A DNA stretch of 64,000 nt from a virus: the IMG/VR virus record IMGVR_UViG_3300048582_000136, positions 9,893-73,892 of that record. One strand, 5' to 3'. The notes under the pieces are model-generated. The model was not told the DNA's origin, searched no databases, and worked only from the letters and a program-made list of their open reading frames with translations. The position numbers and the translations under genes were made by a program. Every line of letters begins with the position of its first letter. Within the stretch, counting starts at the first letter, position 1. Below, piece by piece: positions 1-8,313 of this stretch.

Positions 1-2
1 TC

Positions 3-416
3 CTTCCCGGAGCCAAGGAGCCTGTCTACTCCACGGCTGGAGCAGCTGGAGCGGATCTCCATGCCTTCCTGCTCGATGGTCCCCTGGTCCTCGTCAGGGG
101 CGCCAGATACCTGGTTCGCACCGGGATCAAGCTGGAGCTTCCCCCCGGTTACGAGGCGCAGATCCGCTCTCGCTCGGGCCTGGCATCCAACCACGGCATC
201 CACGTATTCAATGGTCCTGGCACCATTGACGAGGACTTCCGCGGAGAAGTGCAGGTGCTCCTTCGCAACAGCTCCGGCAAGGACTACACGATCAAGAACG
301 GGGACCGCATTGCCCAGATGGTCATTGCCCCCGTCGTCAGAGGCCTTTTCCGGAACGTGACTCATCTCGTGCCCACCGATCGTGGCGCCGGGGGTTTTGG
401 TTCTTCTGGGGTTTAA
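3..416 (+). CDS. dut: dUTPase (trimeric), 5'-truncated by the window edge
   Basis: Not in the ORF track. Frame 3 reads AGADL, RSRSGLA, GTIDEDFRGE, GDRIAQM and RGAGGFGSSG*, which are the five dUTPase motifs. Confidence 0.95.
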   Translation, partial: LPGAKEPVYSTAGAAGADLHAFLLDGPLVLVRGARYLVRTGIKLELPPGYEAQIRSRSGLASNHGIHVFNGPGTIDEDFRGEVQVLLRNSSGKDYTIKNGDRIAQMVIAPVVRGLFRNVTHLVPTDRGAGGFGSSGV

Positions 417-447
417 CTCCCCTCCCATCTTCCACAGGAACAGCAAC

Positions 448-699
448 ATGTCGCACTTCTTCAACCCTCTTGAGGGAACGGTCCTTCTACGCTCGAAGGG
501 CCTCTACCAAGAAGCCAAGCTCTTCGAAAGTAAAGGGGTTCTCTATGCCCAGTTCGGCAAGGGCTTCTTGAAGCTCCTGAGCCACGAGCGCACCAGCATG
601 GGCGCAGTCAACTGGACCGGCATCTCTGGAAACCTTCTGGTCTCCGAAGATCAAGGCTTCGTTCGCATGCTTTCCATCACCACACCCAAGGCCGCCTGA
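448..699 (+). CDS. hypothetical phage protein
   Basis: ATG at 448 after AGGAA; phage-like codon usage; ends in KAA. Confidence 0.7.
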   Translation: MSHFFNPLEGTVLLRSKGLYQEAKLFESKGVLYAQFGKGFLKLLSHERTSMGAVNWTGISGNLLVSEDQGFVRMLSITTPKAA

Positions 700-701
700 A
701 A

Positions 702-956
702 ATGCATGATGAGAATACCAGTCCGGTGGCAAACGCTCTGCGAAAAGCGGGCTATGTCCCGCTTCCACGCCTCTGGATCAAGGCCGAAGACATGCCCAAG
801 ATCCACAAAATCGCCCACCAGCATCTCCCCGGTGTGCGAGACATCCGCAAAGCTTTCAACGACGACCAGTCGGCCTACAAAGACCAGCCGGCTCCTGATC
901 CCATCTCGGATCGGGAAGCTGCCTGGGCGGCCTACGAGAAGATGCGAGGAGGGTGA
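702..956 (+). CDS. hypothetical phage protein
   Basis: Tightly packed in the operon, 2 nt after the previous stop. Confidence 0.7.
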   Translation: MHDENTSPVANALRKAGYVPLPRLWIKAEDMPKIHKIAHQHLPGVRDIRKAFNDDQSAYKDQPAPDPISDREAAWAAYEKMRGG

Positions 957-959
957 GCC

Positions 960-1433
960 ATGGGTCACATCCCGAAGCTCTTGACTTTCGAGAAAGCAGC
1001 TGAAAACCCAAACCCCACGGAGGATGTGATGGGCGACCGCACCTACTGCAGTCTCTATTGCTACCGAGATACCCCCCTCACCGAAGAGGAAAGCGCCCGG
1101 CTTACCAAAGCTCTCAAAAACGAGCTCCCCTCGGAGATCGAAGACAACTTCGCCGGTTTCCACGAAATCAACTACGGCGAGATGCCTTCTGATATCGGGA
1201 CGCCTCTCGAAGAGATGGGTATCTCCTTCTCGTGGTATCATGGCAACGGCGATAGCTACAATTCCGGAGTCTACATCTTCGATGCTCTGACCCAGGAAAG
1301 TGACAGCTTCAACACCATCGACTCGCAAATCGTCATCACTGTCGACTGCACCCCAGAAGAGCTCGAGCATGCTCGTTCCTGGTATCGTCGGTTCGAAGGC
1401 CGCACTCCCCTTGTGCTTCCGAAGCTGGACTGA
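960..1433 (+). CDS. hypothetical acidic protein
   Basis: GGAGGG SD; packed in the operon. Confidence 0.75.
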   Translation: MGHIPKLLTFEKAAENPNPTEDVMGDRTYCSLYCYRDTPLTEEESARLTKALKNELPSEIEDNFAGFHEINYGEMPSDIGTPLEEMGISFSWYHGNGDSYNSGVYIFDALTQESDSFNTIDSQIVITVDCTPEELEHARSWYRRFEGRTPLVLPKLD

Positions 1434-1435
1434 CC

Positions 1436-1726
1436 ATGTCGATCGATCCCGCCAAGCACACTTTCACCCCCGATCAGATAGATCTGGCAGAAGTCTTCAT
1501 CGATGTGTTCCCGATGATCCGTGAACCTTCGGGAGACTCCCGTATGGTCCAGGGCCTCGAAGAGCCTGCCTTCTACGACGTCATGCTTCGGCCGCACGAC
1601 TGGGACATCACTCAGAACGAGCCCTACGGCGAGTGGGAAAACCTCACCCTGGGACAGGCCAACACCATCGTGGAAGCTCTCGAAGCATTGAACCCAGGCA
1701 TCGAAGTGAACTGGGTAGAAAGCTAA
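1436..1726 (+). CDS. hypothetical acidic protein
   Basis: Packed 2 nt after the previous stop. Confidence 0.75.
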   Translation: MSIDPAKHTFTPDQIDLAEVFIDVFPMIREPSGDSRMVQGLEEPAFYDVMLRPHDWDITQNEPYGEWENLTLGQANTIVEALEALNPGIEVNWVES

Positions 1727-1751
1727 GATTCGGCATCCAATCAGCACCGAA

Positions 1752-1773
1752 GCGGAACCGGAACCGGTTCCGC
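1752..1773. repeat. perfect 9-bp inverted repeat in the att arm region
   Basis: GCGGAACCG-GAAC-CGGTTCCGC. Confidence 0.7.
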
Positions 1774-1790
1774 ATCACACCTACACCAAC

Positions 1791-1803
1791 TAAGTCATTG
1801 ATT
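1791..1803 (-). promoter_or_regulatory. IHF binding site next to the att core
   Basis: The minus strand reads AATCAATGACTTA, a perfect match to WATCAANNNNTTR, 3 nt from the tRNA CCA end. Confidence 0.75.
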
Positions 1804-1806
1804 TTG

Positions 1807-1846
1807 TGGCGCACCCGACAGGATTCGAACCTGTGACCCCTGCCTT
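1807..1846 (-). mobile_element. att-type duplication: 3' half of a tRNA, most likely tRNA-Arg(CCG)
   Basis: Minus strand AA-GGCAG-GGGTC-ACAGG-TTCGAAT-CCTGT-CGGGTGC-G-CCA gives the anticodon-stem 3' strand, variable loop, T-arm, acceptor 3' strand and CCA. No D-arm or 5' acceptor strand is present. Confidence 0.85.
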
Positions 1847-2007
1847 TCGAGGAAGTAATCAAAGCCGTCCGCGGCCATGCCAAACGAGGCAAGGCGCCGG
1901 CCCTCTACCGCAACCCCGACAACCCGCGCCAGACCTGGTCTGGCAAAGGAGAGGCACCTACCTGGTTCACCAAAGCCAAGAACCCGGAAGAGCTTCGGAT
2001 CGACTGA
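1837..2007 (+). pseudogene. hns: H-NS family C-terminal DNA-binding domain, 5'-truncated
   Basis: Frame 1 (not in the track): LPFEEVIKAVRGHAKRGKAPALYRNPDNPRQTWSGKGEAPTWFTKAKNPEELRID*. YRNP..P..TWSGxG..P.W is the H-NS/HvrA signature. There is no ATG/GTG/TTG, and an in-frame TGA lies at 1834. Confidence 0.8.
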
Positions 2008-2037
2008 TTCGATCCACACAAACCCCAGCACTACATC

Positions 2038-2066
2038 AGCCTCGGTTTTCCGGGGCTTTTTCTTTG
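2038..2066 (+). terminator. rho-independent terminator after the hns fragment
   Basis: AGCCTCGG-TTTT-CCGGGGCT followed by TTTTCTTT. Confidence 0.8.
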
Positions 2067-2182
2067 TCTGGTGGTTTCAGATCGACTAGATATTCTCGAT
2101 CTATCAGCACGAAAAAAGTGCTGGATTTCCCCGATCACAGACTGTTATCTGGCCGATGAAGAGCCAGAACTGAGGAAGAGCA

Positions 2183-2389
2183 ATGCCTGCTGACTTCGCT
2201 GATGAAGCACAAGAGATCAACGAGACCTTCCTGGAACTCTCGCTCAAAAAAGTTCCCCGAACGGCCCCACCCTTGTCTGGTTTTTGCCTCCACTGCGAAG
2301 AACCGGTCACCCAACGCCGCTACTGCGACAGCACCTGCCGTGAAGGTCATGAGGCCTCTCAACGTCACACTGCTCGTTTCGCCCCATAA
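2183..2389 (+). CDS. TraR/DksA-like C4 zinc-finger protein
   Basis: N-terminal DFADEA (DxxDxA), then CLHC...CDSTC; GAGGAAG SD. Confidence 0.8.
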   Translation: MPADFADEAQEINETFLELSLKKVPRTAPPLSGFCLHCEEPVTQRRYCDSTCREGHEASQRHTARFAP

Positions 2390-2403
2390 TTTGAAGGCCC
2401 CCC

Positions 2404-3702
2404 ATGCTCCTGAACCAAGGTCAAGAGGCAGCCGCTACGGCTGTCTTGCAGTTTCTCCTATCCAACGAAAAGGAATTCAACATCTCCGGTCCTGCCGGGG
2501 TGGGCAAGACTTTCATGATGCAACACATCATGTCCACGGTTCTGCAATCTTACCAGGATGCCTGCACCCTGCTCGATCGGCCCGCCGTCGACTACCAGAT
2601 CGCTCTCACCGCCACCACCAACAAGGCGGCTGAAGTTCTCTCAGTATCCACCGGCTTTCCGGCTCAAACCATTCACAGCTTCCTCAAGCTGAAGGTCTAC
2701 GACGACTACAAGACTGGCCAGTCTAAGTGTGAACCTACCAAGGACTTTGGTGTTCACACTCGCAAGCTGATCTTCGTCGACGAAGCATCCATGGTGGACC
2801 GAGTCCTTCACGGCTACCTTCACAAAGGCACGGACTCCAGCTGCAAGATCATCTACCTCGGTGATCACTGTCAGCTGGCTCCAGTGATGGAAGACCTCTC
2901 CCTGGTCTACAAGCAACCCAAACCCATCGCTCATCTCACCGAGCCAATGCGGAACGCTGGTCAGCCGGCCCTGGTCGACCTCTGCAGCCGTCTCCGCAAT
3001 GTCGTCGAAACCGGTGTCTTCTTTCAACTGGATCAGGTTCCCGGAGTCGTCGAATACCTGACCCAGGAGCAAGCCGCTGCCTTCGTGGACAGCACCTTCC
3101 GGGTCGAAGATCCCAACAGCCGGATCCTCTGCTACACGAACAATAGGGTGAAAGAATACAACACCTACATCCGGCAGCTCAGAGGCCACCCCGACCACTT
3201 CTCCGTCGGAGAAATTCTCATCAACAACAGCGGTCTCGCTATCGGCAAGACCTTCCTGCGCGTGGAACAGGAGCTCGTCGTCCAGAGTGTCGACACCACC
3301 ATCCACAGTGTCACAATCGACGAAGACGATTCCAATACCGTTCTCCATGTCTACACTATCGTGGCCGGCAACACCGCAGGCAGTCTCGGCATCACCCTTC
3401 ATGTGCCAGCCGATCCTGACCACTTCAAAGAGCTGATGAAGCACTACGCCAGGCAGAAGAACTGGTCGCCTTACTACAAGCTCAAGAACAACTACCCAGA
3501 CCTTCGGCCTCGGGATGCGGCCACTGTCTACAAGGCCCAGGGCAGCACCTATGACTCGGTGCTCCTGGATCTCACTGATATCGGCAAGTGCACCCAGAAC
3601 GACCAGCTCGCCCGGATGCTCTACGTCGCCGTCTCCAGAGCCCGATCCAAGGTCTACCTCTATGGCTCTCTGCCTGCTCGGCTCTTTGCCAAGGCAGCCT
3701 GA
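2404..3702 (+). CDS. SF1 Dda/RecD-like DNA helicase (N4 gp37-like)
   Basis: GPAGVGKT, ATTNKAA, VDEASM, GDHCQL, TVYKAQGST and LYVAVSRA motifs. Confidence 0.95.
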   Translation: MLLNQGQEAAATAVLQFLLSNEKEFNISGPAGVGKTFMMQHIMSTVLQSYQDACTLLDRPAVDYQIALTATTNKAAEVLSVSTGFPAQTIHSFLKLKVYDDYKTGQSKCEPTKDFGVHTRKLIFVDEASMVDRVLHGYLHKGTDSSCKIIYLGDHCQLAPVMEDLSLVYKQPKPIAHLTEPMRNAGQPALVDLCSRLRNVVETGVFFQLDQVPGVVEYLTQEQAAAFVDSTFRVEDPNSRILCYTNNRVKEYNTYIRQLRGHPDHFSVGEILINNSGLAIGKTFLRVEQELVVQSVDTTIHSVTIDEDDSNTVLHVYTIVAGNTAGSLGITLHVPADPDHFKELMKHYARQKNWSPYYKLKNNYPDLRPRDAATVYKAQGSTYDSVLLDLTDIGKCTQNDQLARMLYVAVSRARSKVYLYGSLPARLFAKAA

Positions 3703-3725
3703 CCTTTCATCAAAGGAACGCCCCC

Positions 3726-4265
3726 ATGTTCAACAGCACACCCTATCGTCCACGCCCTCGTGTGGACCCAAACCCCAACCAGGGTTTCGTCGAACACATC
3801 GCCAACCAGTTTCTTCGGGAAGTCTCCGAGGCGACAGAAGAAAAAGGCAGGAACCTAATCTCTCTCAATGACCAGCTCGGTGGTAGCCCCAAAGGCTACA
3901 CCTACGCTGGACTGTCTTTCCTGAGCGATCCCACCCTCCTTGACGACAAGACTCTCTACCTGGATCCAATCCACCCGTCTCTCGAGAAAGACGCCGAAGC
4001 TTTCCATCTGCGCGCCAGCCGTCTGCAAGGCATGCGGACCAAGCTGACTCAGGCTCTCGCAACCATTCTCCAGCGTTGCAACGGCGATGTTCAAACCTTC
4101 CGGGATGCTCTCCCGGATGAACTCGTGAACCTCACACAGCTGGAGTCCTACCCCCGCAATCGGCAGCCCGGCTTTCTCCTGAAAGCCCAGCCGATGCTCG
4201 CTGCGACCTACCGGTCGATCGACGACGCAATCCACTACCACAACCGCTACAGGCTCCTTGACTGA
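3726..4265 (+). CDS. N4 gp38-like conserved hypothetical protein
   Basis: Syntenic between helicase and polymerase; AAGGAA SD before ATG 3726. Confidence 0.75.
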   Translation: MFNSTPYRPRPRVDPNPNQGFVEHIANQFLREVSEATEEKGRNLISLNDQLGGSPKGYTYAGLSFLSDPTLLDDKTLYLDPIHPSLEKDAEAFHLRASRLQGMRTKLTQALATILQRCNGDVQTFRDALPDELVNLTQLESYPRNRQPGFLLKAQPMLAATYRSIDDAIHYHNRYRLLD

Positions 4266-4277
4266 AAGGTCTCTGTC

Positions 4278-6932
4278 TTGAAATACCTGACGTTCAGCGA
4301 CCCGGAACAGACCACCTACGAGATCTGCTTCCTGGTTCCCCAACTCAACCGGGCAGAAATCCTGCGCCACTATGTCGATCCCTACTTCGGTGGAGAGAAA
4401 GACAAGATCCTTGCCTACGACCTCTTCAAGGAAGGCAAGAAGACCCTGGTGGCCAGGCAAAAGGAATACCTCGAAGACCTTCTGCCGGTCCTCATGGATC
4501 TCCAGGTCAAGTATCTGGTGGTCGCTGACGCCGAATACTTCAAGACCCTGACCAAGACCTCATCGGCCGACAAGGAACTCGGCTACGTTCATGAGTGTGT
4601 GGTGGGAGACTTCAAAGTCATCTACTGCCCCAACTTCAGATCGGTTTTCTACAACCCGGACAAGGTCAAGGCAGAGATCCGGGTCGCCCTCTCGGCAGTC
4701 CAGAACCACCGCACCGGCTCCTACGATGCCCCTGGTCTCGGGATCATCAAGTTCGCCGCCTATCCGGACACGGCCGAAGACATCAAGGCCTGGCTCGACA
4801 AGCTCATCGAGATGGACTGCGATCTCACCGCGGACATCGAGGGCTTCGGCCTGAAGCACTACGAGGCCGGGATCGGCACCATCAGCTTCGCCTGGAGCCA
4901 ACACGAAGGCATTGCCTTCCCAGTGGATCTCCACCCCCATTCCCATCTCATCCGCAAGCACCTGAAGGACTTCTTCCTGCGCCACAAACGCAGCATGAAA
5001 TGGCAAAAGATCAACTACGACGTCTACGTCCTGATCTACCAGCTCTTCATGAAGGACCTTCTGGACACTGAAGGCCTTCTCACCGGCCTCGAGGTGATGC
5101 TGCGGAACTGGGACTGCACCCGTCTGATCACCTATCTGGCGACCAACTCCTGCTCGGGGAACCAACTGGGTCTAAAGCAACAGGCCCAGGAGTTTGCCGG
5201 CAACTGGGCGGTCGAGAAGATCACCGACATCCGGAAGATCCCTCTCCCGGACCTCCTTCAATACAATCTCGTGGACAGCCTTTCGACCTGGTATGTCTTC
5301 AACAAGCACTACCCCACGGTGATCAAAGACGAGCAGCTCGAGATCTACGAGACGCTCTTCAAGCCGGCCATGGTCGACATCATCCAGATGCAGCTCACTG
5401 GCATGCCCCTCAACCGGGAGCGTGTCATCGAGGTCAATACCATCCTGCAGGATATCGCAGACGGGGCTGTCCGAGAGATGCAGTCCAGCGTCTGGATCCA
5501 GCGCTTCGAGGAAATGCGCCGCATCGAGTGGCGCGACAAGAAGCACCTCGAGTGGAAGAAGAAGCGGATCGAGCTCCACGAGGTTCCGGTCTGCAAAGAC
5601 ACGACCTTCAACCCCAACTCAAACCCCCAGCTCCAGCGGTTGCTCTATGACCCACAGTTCTTCGGACTGCCGGTCCTGGATCTCACCGACTCCAAGCTGC
5701 CTTCGACCGGTGGGGACACTCTCAAAAAGCTCGTGAACCACACCGACGACCCGGAGATCAAGGCCGTTCTTCTGGCTCTGATCGAATATGCCGCGGTCGA
5801 AATCATCCTGACCAACTTCATGCCGTCCTTCCTGGCGGCACCAGAAGGTCCTGATGGTTGGCATTGGCTCTTTGGCTTCTTCAACCTTGGGGGCACTCTC
5901 TCCGGCCGCCTGTCTTCATCGGAGCCCAACCTTCAGAACATCCCCGCCAACGTCGCCATGAAGCTCTCCGAAGCGCTCCTGGCCAAGTATGGGGAGATCC
6001 TGAAGGACTACCTGGACAAGGGGAAACTGGTCCTGGGCAAGCTCATCAAGAGCTGCTTCGAAGCCCCTCCTGGCTGGTTGTTCTGTGGTCTGGATTTCGC
6101 GTCCCTAGAGGACCGGATTTCCGCTCTGACCACAAAGGATCCCAACAAGCTGAAGGTCTACACCGACGGCTATGATGGCCACTCCTTGCGGGCTTATGCC
6201 TACTTCTCGGAGCACATGCCCGACATCGATCCCACATCGGTGGAGAGCATCAACTCGATCGAGAAGAAGTATAAGCCTTTCCGCCAGGACTCCAAGGCAC
6301 CCACTTTCGCGCTGACTTATCAGGGCACATATATGACCCTGATGAACAACTGCGGTTTCACCGAAGAACTCGCGAAACTGATTGAAAAGCGCTATCATGA
6401 GATGTACGTCATCTCGGATAAGTGGGTTCAAGATCGCCTCGATCTTGCCGCGAAAACAGGGTATGTGACGGCCGCATTCGGCCTTAGAGTTCGCACACCT
6501 TTGCTGCATCAGGTGATCCGGGGAACCAGCCGGACACCCTTTGAAGCTGAGGCCGAAGGAAGAACCGCGGGCAACGCTCTCGGGCAATCCTGGTGTCTCC
6601 TCAACAGTCGTGCCGGCTCCGAGTTCATGGGCCGAGTCCGCAAGGAGAAGCATCGCCTCAACATCCGCCCCTGTGCTCAAATCCACGATGCCGGTTACTT
6701 TCTGATCAGAGATGATCTCGCAGCCCTGGCATACACAAACGAGCACCTCGTCAAGGCCGTCCAGTGGCAGGAACATCCCGACATCCAGCACGACGAAGTC
6801 AAGCTGGGGGGTGAGCTGTCGATCTTCTATCCCACCTGGGCAGTCGAGATGAACGTCCCCAACGGAGCCAAGGAAGAGGATATCCAACTCCTCGCCCAGA
6901 AGCACGTCGAAAGATTTGGGTTGGCCGCCTGA
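4278..6932 (+). CDS. family A DNA polymerase with 3'-5' exonuclease (N4 gp39-like)
   Basis: ExoI ADIEG; SGRLSSSEPNLQNIP; motif A DFASLEDR; motif B RQDSKAPTFALTYQG; motif C QIHDA. Confidence 0.97.
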   Translation: MKYLTFSDPEQTTYEICFLVPQLNRAEILRHYVDPYFGGEKDKILAYDLFKEGKKTLVARQKEYLEDLLPVLMDLQVKYLVVADAEYFKTLTKTSSADKELGYVHECVVGDFKVIYCPNFRSVFYNPDKVKAEIRVALSAVQNHRTGSYDAPGLGIIKFAAYPDTAEDIKAWLDKLIEMDCDLTADIEGFGLKHYEAGIGTISFAWSQHEGIAFPVDLHPHSHLIRKHLKDFFLRHKRSMKWQKINYDVYVLIYQLFMKDLLDTEGLLTGLEVMLRNWDCTRLITYLATNSCSGNQLGLKQQAQEFAGNWAVEKITDIRKIPLPDLLQYNLVDSLSTWYVFNKHYPTVIKDEQLEIYETLFKPAMVDIIQMQLTGMPLNRERVIEVNTILQDIADGAVREMQSSVWIQRFEEMRRIEWRDKKHLEWKKKRIELHEVPVCKDTTFNPNSNPQLQRLLYDPQFFGLPVLDLTDSKLPSTGGDTLKKLVNHTDDPEIKAVLLALIEYAAVEIILTNFMPSFLAAPEGPDGWHWLFGFFNLGGTLSGRLSSSEPNLQNIPANVAMKLSEALLAKYGEILKDYLDKGKLVLGKLIKSCFEAPPGWLFCGLDFASLEDRISALTTKDPNKLKVYTDGYDGHSLRAYAYFSEHMPDIDPTSVESINSIEKKYKPFRQDSKAPTFALTYQGTYMTLMNNCGFTEELAKLIEKRYHEMYVISDKWVQDRLDLAAKTGYVTAAFGLRVRTPLLHQVIRGTSRTPFEAEAEGRTAGNALGQSWCLLNSRAGSEFMGRVRKEKHRLNIRPCAQIHDAGYFLIRDDLAALAYTNEHLVKAVQWQEHPDIQHDEVKLGGELSIFYPTWAVEMNVPNGAKEEDIQLLAQKHVERFGLAA

Positions 6933-6975
6933 CGGCCACCTACTCAACTTCCTCATACATCAAGGATTCCTACCA

Positions 6976-7272
6976 ATGTCGGCCAGCCGTCTGCACACCT
7001 ATCTCACCACCGCCACCCTGGTTTACGTCCGTGACGGCCAAACCAAGCAGCGGGACATGAACCAGATCGTCGCTGTCGAAGAGCGGCGGATCGACCTTCG
7101 CACGCTCGATGCTGCGAAGAACACGCTCATCCAGCGCCTGAACCAAGAAATGGATGTGCCCCGCGAAGACGTAAAAGACTTCGTCTTCACCAACTTCTCA
7201 TACCTCGGCCACATGTCGGAGCGCGAGTTTCAAGGCAAGACCGTGAAAGCAGCCGATCCCCTTCATTCGTGA
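6976..7272 (+). CDS. N4 gp40/41-like hypothetical protein
   Basis: Synteny; C-terminal NFSYLGHMSEREF; AAGGA SD. Confidence 0.7.
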   Translation: MSASRLHTYLTTATLVYVRDGQTKQRDMNQIVAVEERRIDLRTLDAAKNTLIQRLNQEMDVPREDVKDFVFTNFSYLGHMSEREFQGKTVKAADPLHS

Positions 7273-7311
7273 AGGTGGGTTTTTTCGGTTCTTTGAACCA
7301 GCGAGGACATC

Positions 7312-8313
7312 ATGAACCAGATTACAAACAACAGCGGCTTCGGCCTGGCCATGGCCGTCTGGCTGGCCCATGACGAATACGATGCCGGAGAGAATCTCTT
7401 CCCCGGCAAGCCTGTGCTCTCCGTCACATCGCTTCTGAAGCCAACTCGGCAACTCATCCTGAGCAACCGGGTTCCCCCTTCCCAGCGGACCTCGGATGTA
7501 GCTGACCTCATCGCCTCTCGCTATGGGCATGCCATTCACGATTCTATCGAGACTGCCTGGCGGACTGGCTACAGGGAATCTCTGAAGAAACTGGGCCATC
7601 CTCAGAAGATGATCGACCGGATCGTCATCAACCCGACCGATGCCATGCTCAAGGCCAACCCGGATCTTCTGCCAGTCTACCTAGAGCAACGCTTCTACCG
7701 GGAGTTCGACGGGGTCGTCATCTCGGGCAAGTTCGATGCGATCATCGACGGCGAGGTCAACGACATCAAGACCACCTCGGCCTACACCTGGGTCCACAAT
7801 CGCAAGGATGATGACTACCAGCTGCAGGGCTCGCTCTACCGCTGGATCAATCCTGACAAGGTTACCTCCGACGTCATGCGGATCCAGCACGTCTTCACCG
7901 ACTGGCAACGGGCTCAGGCCAAGATCAACCCGGCCTACCCACAGAACCGCGTCTCCGAGAAGACCATCAAGCTCCTCTCCCTCAAGGAGACCGAGCAATG
8001 GCTCCGGGCAAAGTTCGCCGAGCTCCGAGCCAACGACATGCTCCCGGAAGACCAGATGATCCGCTGTTCCGACAAGGATCTCTGGCGCTCTGAGCCTGAG
8101 TTCAAATACTACGCCGACCCCACCAAAGCGAGCCAAGGTGGCCGGTCGACGAAGAACTTCGACACCCTCGTCGCCGCCAATGCCTACTGCGCCAAGCAGG
8201 GCAAAGGCGTCGTCGTCACCATCCCCTCGAAGGTCAAGGCCTGCTCATACTGCCCGGCATTCGACCTTTGCAGCCAACAGAAAGAGTATGCGGACGATCA
8301 TGAAAGATCTTGA
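7312..8313 (+). CDS. PD-(D/E)XK (Cas4/RecB-like) nuclease (N4 gp42-like)
   Basis: LEQR...ISGKFD...DIKTT, QGSLY and C-terminal CSYC...C cluster. Confidence 0.88.
   Translation: MNQITNNSGFGLAMAVWLAHDEYDAGENLFPGKPVLSVTSLLKPTRQLILSNRVPPSQRTSDVADLIASRYGHAIHDSIETAWRTGYRESLKKLGHPQKMIDRIVINPTDAMLKANPDLLPVYLEQRFYREFDGVVISGKFDAIIDGEVNDIKTTSAYTWVHNRKDDDYQLQGSLYRWINPDKVTSDVMRIQHVFTDWQRAQAKINPAYPQNRVSEKTIKLLSLKETEQWLRAKFAELRANDMLPEDQMIRCSDKDLWRSEPEFKYYADPTKASQGGRSTKNFDTLVAANAYCAKQGKGVVVTIPSKVKACSYCPAFDLCSQQKEYADDHERS

Noticed and set aside
61-360. 99-aa track ORF
   Set aside because: Out-of-frame shadow of the dUTPase.
1807-1885. Complete phage tRNA gene
   Set aside because: Only the 3' half exists. 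There is no D-arm or GCACCCG 5' acceptor strand, and the anticodon stem cannot pair.
1806-2159. Track ORFs MAHPTGFEPVT... and MPNEARRR...
   Set aside because: The first is the antisense translation of a T-arm. Both run through the terminator, and the meaningful frame is the H-NS one.
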